DNA from: Escherichia phage Qbeta
Sequence record: FJ483843.1
Direction: 5' to 3' (one strand)
DNA length: 4,218 nucleotides
The notes under the pieces were generated by a model. The model was not told the DNA's origin, did no database searches, and was given only the letters and a program-made list of their open reading frames with translations. Within the stretch, counting starts at the first letter, position 1. Every line of letters begins with the position of its first letter. A program made the position numbers and the translations under genes. Shown here piece by piece: positions 1 to 4,218 of this stretch.

Positions 1-61
1 GGGGGACCCCCCTTAGGGGGTCACCTCACACAGCAGTATTTCACTGAGTATGAGAGGACAT
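1..61 (+). other. 5' untranslated leader with 5'-terminal hairpin
   Basis: Begins GGGGG. Positions 6-11 (ACCCCC) pair with 16-21 (GGGGGT) around a 4-nt loop CTTA (12-15). A 5' G-run is the standard start of levivirus plus strands; the minus-strand 3' end would be ...CCCCC. Confidence 0.8.
53..58 (+). promoter_or_regulatory. Shine-Dalgarno element for the A2 gene
   Basis: AGAGGA at 53-58, 3-4 nt upstream of the ATG at 62. Confidence 0.7.
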
Positions 62-1324
62 ATGCCTAAATTACCACGTGGTCTGCGTTTCGGAGCCGAT
101 AATGAAATTCTTAATGATTTTCAGGAGCTCTGGTTTCCAGATCTCTTTATCGAATCTTCCGACACGCATCCGTGGTACACACTGAAGGGTCGTGTGTTGA
201 ACGCTCATATTGATGACCGTTTACCCAATGTAAGCGGTCGCCAAGTAAGGCGTACACCACATCGCGTTACTGTCCCGATTGCCTCTTCAGGCCTTCGTCC
301 AGTAACAACCGTTCAGTATGATCCCGCAGCACTATCGTTCTTGTTGAACGCTCGTGTTGATTGGGATTTCGGTAATGGCGACAGTGCGGACCTTGTCATT
401 AAAGACTTCGTGTTTCGCACCTTTGCACCTAAGGATTTCGATTTCTCGAACTCCTTAGTTCCTCGTTATACCCAGGCCTTCTCCGCTTTTAATGCCAAAT
501 ATGGCGTTATGATCGGTGAAGGGCTCGAGACTATAAAATATCTCGGGCTTTTACTGCGCAGACTGCGTGAGGGTTACCGTGCTGTTAAGCGCGGCGATTT
601 ACGTGCTCTTCGTAGGGTTATCCAGTCTTACCATAAAGGTAAATGGAAACCGACTACTGCTGGTAATCTCTGGCTTGAATTTCGTTATGGCCTTATGCCT
701 CTCTTCTATGACATCAGAGATGTCATGCTAGATTGGCAAAACCGCCATGATAAGATTCAACGCCTCCTTCGGTTTTCTGTTGGTCACGGCGAGGACTATG
801 TTGTCAAATTCGACAACTTATACCCCGCTTTAGCCTACTTTAAACTGAAAGGTGAGATTACACTCGAACGCCGTCATCGTCACGGTATATCCTACGCGAA
901 TCGCGGGGGATATGCTGTTTTCGACAACGGTTCCCTTCGGCCTGTGTCCGATTGGAAGGAGCTTGCCGTCGCGTTCATCAATCCTCACGAAGTTGCTTGG
1001 GAGTTAACTCCTTACAGCTTTGTTGTTGATTGGTTCTTGAACGTCGGCGACATACTTGCTCAGCAAGGTCAACTATATCATAATATCGATATTGTAGATG
1101 GTTTTGACAGACGTGACATACGGTTCAAATCGTTTACCATTAAAGGTGAACGAAATGGACAGCCTGTTAACGTATCTGCGGACCTATCTGCTATCGATAC
1201 ATTTTATAGTCGACTTCATGCTAGCAACATTCCGTTCGCTACACTTGATCTCGATACTACCTTTAGTTCGTTTAAACACGTTCTAGATAGTGTCGCTTTA
1301 TTAACCCAACGCATTAAGCGTTGA
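62..1324 (+). CDS. A2: Maturation protein A2 (also the lysis protein in Qbeta-like phages)
   Basis: 420-codon ORF ending in TGA at 1322-1324. From the ATG at 62 the protein reads MPKLPRGLRFGADNEILNDFQELWFPDLFIESSDTHPWYTL..., matching Qbeta A2 as I recall it, with the same length (420 aa) and the same first-gene position. The ORF track starts at an in-frame ATG at 50, but the SD is positioned for the ATG at 62. Confidence 0.93.
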   Translation: MPKLPRGLRFGADNEILNDFQELWFPDLFIESSDTHPWYTLKGRVLNAHIDDRLPNVSGRQVRRTPHRVTVPIASSGLRPVTTVQYDPAALSFLLNARVDWDFGNGDSADLVIKDFVFRTFAPKDFDFSNSLVPRYTQAFSAFNAKYGVMIGEGLETIKYLGLLLRRLREGYRAVKRGDLRALRRVIQSYHKGKWKPTTAGNLWLEFRYGLMPLFYDIRDVMLDWQNRHDKIQRLLRFSVGHGEDYVVKFDNLYPALAYFKLKGEITLERRHRHGISYANRGGYAVFDNGSLRPVSDWKELAVAFINPHEVAWELTPYSFVVDWFLNVGDILAQQGQLYHNIDIVDGFDRRDIRFKSFTIKGERNGQPVNVSADLSAIDTFYSRLHASNIPFATLDLDTTFSSFKHVLDSVALLTQRIKR

Positions 1325-1347
1325 AACTTTGGGTCAATTTGATCATG
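1248..1347 (+). promoter_or_regulatory. Probable S-site (U-rich replicase/S1 binding region just upstream of the coat start)
   Basis: U-rich tract immediately 5' of the coat AUG. Coordinates are transferred from the published Qbeta S-site (about nt 1247-1346) with a +1 offset; this is positional inference, not seen independently in the sequence. Confidence 0.4.
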
Positions 1348-1746
1348 GCAAAATTAGAGACTGTTACTTTAAGTAACATCGGGAAAGATGGAAAACAAAC
1401 TCTGGTCCTCAATCCGCGTGGGGTAAATCCCACTAACGGTGTTGCCTCGCTTTCGGAAGCGGGTGCAGTTCCTGCATTGGAGAAGCGTGTTACCGTTTCG
1501 GTATCTCAGCCTTCCCGCAATCGTAAGAACTACAAGGTCCAGGTTAAAATCCAAAACCCGACCGCTTGTTCTGCAAACGGTTCTTGTGACCCATCCGTTA
1601 CTCGCCAGGCATATGCTGACGTGACCTTTTCGTTCACGCAGTATAGTACCGATGAGGAACGAGCTTTTGTTCGCACAGAGCTTGCTGCTCTGCTCGCTGG
1701 TCCTCTGCTGATCGATGCTATCGATCGACTGAATCCAGCATATTGA
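1345..1746 (+). CDS. cp: Major coat protein
   Basis: ATG at 1345, TGA at 1744-1746, 133 codons. Protein MAKLETVTLSNIGKDGKQTLVLNPRGVNPTNGVASLSEAGAVPALEKRVTVSVSQPSRNRKNYKVQVKIQNPTACSANGSCDPSVTRQAYADVTFSFTQYSTDEERAFVRTELAALLAGPLLIDAIDRLNPAY is near-identical to Qbeta coat as I recall it, including the two Cys that form inter-subunit disulfides. The TTG start at 1321 in the ORF track is an artefact. Confidence 0.97.
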   Translation: MAKLETVTLSNIGKDGKQTLVLNPRGVNPTNGVASLSEAGAVPALEKRVTVSVSQPSRNRKNYKVQVKIQNPTACSANGSCDPSVTRQAYADVTFSFTQYSTDEERAFVRTELAALLAGPLLIDAIDRLNPAY

Positions 1747-2334
1747 ACATTGCTCATTGCCGGTGGTGGCTCAGGGGAAAACCCCGATCCGGTTAATCCG
1801 GATCCACCGATTGATCCGCCGCCAGGGACAGGTACCTATACTTGTCCTTTCGCAATTTGGTCTCTAGAGGAGGTTTATGAACCTCCTACTAGTGACCGAC
1901 CGTGGCCTATCTATCATGCTGTTGAACTCCCGCCTCGCGATTTTGATGTTGCCCTCGATGATCTCTTGGGTAACACTGAATGGCGTGACTGGGATTCACG
2001 GCTCAGATATACCACGTTCCGCGGTTGCCGTGGCAACGGTTATATTGACCTTGATGCGACTTATCTCGCTACTGACCAAGCAATGCTTGATCAGAAGTAC
2101 GATATTCGCACAGGCAAAAGACCTGGTGCCTTCGGTAATATTGAACAATTTATTTATCTTAAGTCGATAAATGCATATTGTTCTCTTAGCGATATTGCGG
2201 CCTATCACGCCGATGGCGTAATAGTTGGCTTTTGGCGCGATCCATCTAGTGGTGGTGCCATACCGTTTGACTTCACGGAATTTGATAAGACTAAATGTCC
2301 GATTCAAGCCGTGATAGTCGTTCCTCGTGCTTAG
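1345..2334 (+). CDS. A1: A1 read-through protein (coat protein with C-terminal extension; minor capsid protein)
   Basis: Coat frame continues through the UGA at 1744-1746 to tandem stops TAG TAA at 2332-2337; 329 aa in total, as for Qbeta A1. The extension begins with a Gly/Pro-rich linker (GGGSGENPDPVNPDPPIDPPPGTG). The track ORF 1750..2334 is this extension with an artefactual TTG start. Confidence 0.9.
1744..1746 (+). promoter_or_regulatory. Leaky UGA stop codon of the coat gene (translational read-through site)
   Basis: A single TGA followed by A (TGA ACA) with the same reading frame open for a further 195 codons. Low-frequency read-through of this UGA (as Trp) is established Qbeta biology and produces A1. 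Confidence 0.85.
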
Positions 2335-2339
2335 TAACT

Positions 2340-2344
2340 AAGGA
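2340..2344 (+). promoter_or_regulatory. Shine-Dalgarno element for the replicase gene
   Basis: AAGGA at 2340-2344, 8 nt upstream of the ATG at 2353. The ATG at 2344 overlaps the SD and is not plausibly used. Confidence 0.75.
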
Positions 2345-2348
2345 TGAA

Positions 2349-2368
2349 ATGCATGTCTAAGACAGCAT
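2349..2368 (+). promoter_or_regulatory. Coat-protein binding translational operator hairpin at the replicase start
   Basis: Seen in sequence: ATGC (2349-2352) pairs with GCAT (2365-2368); A2353 is bulged; TGTC (2354-2357) pairs with GACA (2361-2364); loop TAA (2358-2360). An 8-bp stem, one bulged A and a 3-nt loop is the described Qbeta operator architecture, and the replicase AUG (2353-2355) sits inside it. Confidence 0.85.
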
Positions 2369-4122
2369 CTTCGCATAACTCTCTTAGCGCACAATTGCGC
2401 CGAGCTGCGAACACAAGAATTGAGGTCGAAGGTAACCTCGCACTGTCCATTGCCAACGATTTAATGTTGGCATATGGTCAATCGCCATTTAGTTCCGAGT
2501 CTGAGTGTATTTCACTCAGCCCGAAATTCGACGGAACCCCGGATAACTTTAGGATAAATTATCTTAAAGCCGAGATCATGTCGAAGTATGACGATTTCAG
2601 CCTAGGTATCGATACCGAAGCTGCTGCATGGGAAAAGTTCCTAGCAGCAGAGGCTGAATGTGCTTTAACGAACGCTCGCCTCTATAGACCTAACTACAGT
2701 GAGGATTTCAATTTCTCACTGGGTGAGTCATGTCTTCACATGGCTCGCCGAAAAATAGTTAAGTTAATAGGAGACGCGCCGTCCGTTGAGGGTATGTTGC
2801 GCCATTGCCGGTTTTCTGGCGGTGCCACAACAACGAATAACCGTTCATACGGTCATCCGTCCTTCAAGTTTGCGCTTCCACAAGCGTGTACGCCTCGGGC
2901 TTTGAAATACGTTTTGGCTCTCAGAGCCTCAACACATTTCGATATCAGAGTTTCTGATATTAGCCCTTTTAATAAAGCAGTTACTGTACCAAAGAACAGT
3001 AAGACCGATCGCTGTATTGCTATCGAACCCGGTTGGAATATGTTTTTCCAATTAGGTATCGGTGGCATCCTACGCGATCGGTTGCGTTGCTGGGGTATCG
3101 ACCTGAATGATCAGACGATAAACCAGCGCCGCGCTCACGAAGGCTCCGTTACTAATGATTTAGCGACGGTTGATCTCTCAGCAGCAAGCGATTCTATATC
3201 TCTTGCTCTCTGCGAGCTCTTATTGCCTCCAGGTTGGTTTGAGGTCCTTATGGACCTCAGATCACCTAAGGGGCGATTGCCTGACGGTAGTGTCATTATC
3301 TACGAGAAGATTTCTTCCATGGGTAATGGTTACACATTCGAGCTTGAGTCGCTTATCTTCGCTTCTCTTGCTCGTTCCGTTTGTGAGATACTGAACTTAG
3401 ACTCATCTGAGGTCACTGTTTACGGAGATGACATTATTTTGCCATCCCGTGCAGTTCCTGCTCTTCAGGAAGTCTTTAAGTATGTTGGTTTTACTACCAA
3501 TACTAAGAAGACTTTTTCTGAGGGGCCGTTCAGAGAGTCGTGCGGTAAGCACTACTATTCTGGCGTAGATGTTACTCCCTTTTACATACGTCGCCGTATA
3601 GTGAGTCCTGCCGATTTAATATTGGTTTTGAATAACCTATATCGGTGGGCCACGATTGACGGCGTATGGGATCCTAGAGCACATTCCGTATACCTCAAGT
3701 ATCGTAAGCTGCTGCCTAAACAGCTGCAGCGTAATACTATACCTGATGGTTACGGTGATGGCGCTCTCGTCGGATCGGTCTTGATCAATCCCTTCGCGAA
3801 AAACCGCGGATGGATCCGGTATGTTCCGGTGATCATAGACCATACAAGGGACCGAGAACGCACCGAGTCGGGATCGTATCTCTACGATCTTTTCTCGCGC
3901 TATTTCTCGGAAAGTAACGATGGGTTGCCTCTAAGGGGTCCGTCGAGTTGCGATTCTATATATCCGCTCGCTATCGATCAGCTTATTTGTAAGAGTAATC
4001 CTACAAAAATAAGCAGATCTACTGGTAAGTTCGATATACAGTATATCGCGTGCAGTAGCCGTGTTCTGGCACCCTACGGGGTTTTCCAGGGCACGAAGGT
4101 TGCGTCTCTACACGAGGCGTAA
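2353..4122 (+). CDS. rep: RNA-dependent RNA polymerase (replicase beta subunit)
   Basis: 589-aa ORF from the ATG at 2353 (MSKTASSHNSLSAQLRRAANTRIEVEGNLALSIANDL...) to TAA at 4120-4122. YGDD catalytic motif at 3421-3432 (EVTVYGDDIILPS). Matches Qbeta replicase in length and sequence as recalled. Confidence 0.95.
   Translation: MSKTASSHNSLSAQLRRAANTRIEVEGNLALSIANDLMLAYGQSPFSSESECISLSPKFDGTPDNFRINYLKAEIMSKYDDFSLGIDTEAAAWEKFLAAEAECALTNARLYRPNYSEDFNFSLGESCLHMARRKIVKLIGDAPSVEGMLRHCRFSGGATTTNNRSYGHPSFKFALPQACTPRALKYVLALRASTHFDIRVSDISPFNKAVTVPKNSKTDRCIAIEPGWNMFFQLGIGGILRDRLRCWGIDLNDQTINQRRAHEGSVTNDLATVDLSAASDSISLALCELLLPPGWFEVLMDLRSPKGRLPDGSVIIYEKISSMGNGYTFELESLIFASLARSVCEILNLDSSEVTVYGDDIILPSRAVPALQEVFKYVGFTTNTKKTFSEGPFRESCGKHYYSGVDVTPFYIRRRIVSPADLILVLNNLYRWATIDGVWDPRAHSVYLKYRKLLPKQLQRNTIPDGYGDGALVGSVLINPFAKNRGWIRYVPVIIDHTRDRERTESGSYLYDLFSRYFSESNDGLPLRGPSSCDSIYPLAIDQLICKSNPTKISRSTGKFDIQYIACSSRVLAPYGVFQGTKVASLHEA
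2546..2868 (+). promoter_or_regulatory. Probable M-site (internal replicase binding site)
   Basis: Coordinates transferred from the published Qbeta M-site (about nt 2545-2867) with a +1 offset; not verified by folding. Confidence 0.35.
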
Positions 4123-4218
4123 CCTGGGAGGGCGCTATTATGGCGCCTGGTTGTGAATAAATTATCACAACTACTCTTACGAGTGAGAGAGGGATCTGCT
4201 TTGCCCTCTCTCCTCCCA
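4123..4218 (+). other. 3' untranslated region with three hairpins and CCCA terminus
   Basis: Hairpin 1: GGCGC (4131-4135) / GCGCC (4143-4147), loop TATTATG. Hairpin 2: TTGTGA (4151-4156) / TCACAA (4165-4170), loop ATAAATTA. Hairpin 3: see next feature. The genome ends ...CTCCCA, the CCA-type 3' end required for replicase initiation. Confidence 0.85.
4185..4212 (+). promoter_or_regulatory. 3'-terminal hairpin (replication element)
   Basis: Perfect 9-bp stem GAGAGAGGG (4185-4193) / CCCTCTCTC (4204-4212) with 10-nt loop ATCTGCTTTG (4194-4203), followed by the single-stranded tail CTCCCA (4213-4218). Confidence 0.8.

Noticed and set aside
1098-1286. Plus-strand alternative-frame ORF (62 aa) inside A2
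   Set aside because: No Shine-Dalgarno-like sequence upstream of the ATG at 1098 (context TCGATATTGTAG) and no recognisable motif; most likely a chance open frame.
1321-1344. N-terminal extension of the coat ORF (MKLWVNLI...) in the ORF track
   Set aside because: It begins at a TTG overlapping the A2 stop codon. The coat protein starts at the ATG at 1345 (MAKLETVTL...), giving the expected 133-codon gene.
1439-1624. Plus-strand alternative-frame ORF (61 aa, GTG start) inside the coat gene
   Set aside because: GTG start with no SD, and a highly basic low-complexity product typical of an out-of-frame translation artefact.
1369-1757. Minus-strand ORFs 1369..1554 (61 aa) and 1530..1757 (75 aa)
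   Set aside because: They lie on the complement of a plus-strand RNA phage genome; the minus strand is a replication intermediate with no known translation. They are short, lack recognisable motifs and are fully overlapped by the coat gene.
1996-2307. Minus-strand ORF of 103 aa opposite the A1 read-through domain
   Set aside because: Same reasoning: antisense of an ssRNA phage, no RBS context assessed as meaningful, and no recognisable protein features.
2344-2352. Upstream replicase start giving MKCMSK...
   Set aside because: The ATG at 2344 overlaps the SD (AAGGATG) with zero spacing. The ATG at 2353 has correct spacing, lies in the operator hairpin and gives the expected MSKTASS N-terminus.
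3170-3394. Plus-strand alternative-frame ORF (74 aa, TTG start) inside the replicase gene
   Set aside because: TTG start with no convincing SD; the hydrophobic composition is explained by frame-shifted codon usage. Not supported as a gene.
2853-3843. Minus-strand ORFs 2853..3068 (71 aa) and 3637..3843 (68 aa) opposite the replicase gene
   Set aside because: Antisense ORFs of the expected random size inside a long gene; no supporting signals.
1-4218. CRISPR arrays, tRNA/rRNA genes, transposon or integron features, DNA promoters and terminators
   Set aside because: None seen, and none are expected: the window is an RNA phage genome, so DNA-level promoter and terminator calls would be meaningless. 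Hairpins here are RNA replication and translation elements, not rho-independent terminators.

Overview
This window is a complete, or near-complete, plus-strand genome (as cDNA) of a Qbeta-like ssRNA coliphage (Allolevivirus/Qubevirus). It runs from a 5' G-run with terminal hairpin to a 3' ...CCCA terminus and has the canonical layout: maturation/lysis protein A2 (62..1324), coat protein (1345..1746), the A1 read-through minor capsid protein made by suppressing the coat UGA (1345..2334), and the replicase beta-subunit with a YGDD motif (2353..4122). Known Qbeta RNA elements are recognisable directly in the sequence: the coat-protein translational operator hairpin around the replicase AUG, three 3'-UTR hairpins, and an 8-bp complementarity between the 3'-terminal hairpin loop and a site about 1.24 kb upstream. 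I see no evidence of a novel system; this is a well-characterised phage type. Features worth checking are an extra in-frame AUG upstream of A2, a Shine-Dalgarno-preceded +1-frame hydrophobic ORF inside the read-through domain, and scattered substitutions relative to Qbeta as I recall it. No alignment or folding could be run; homology statements rest on recalled Qbeta protein sequences.
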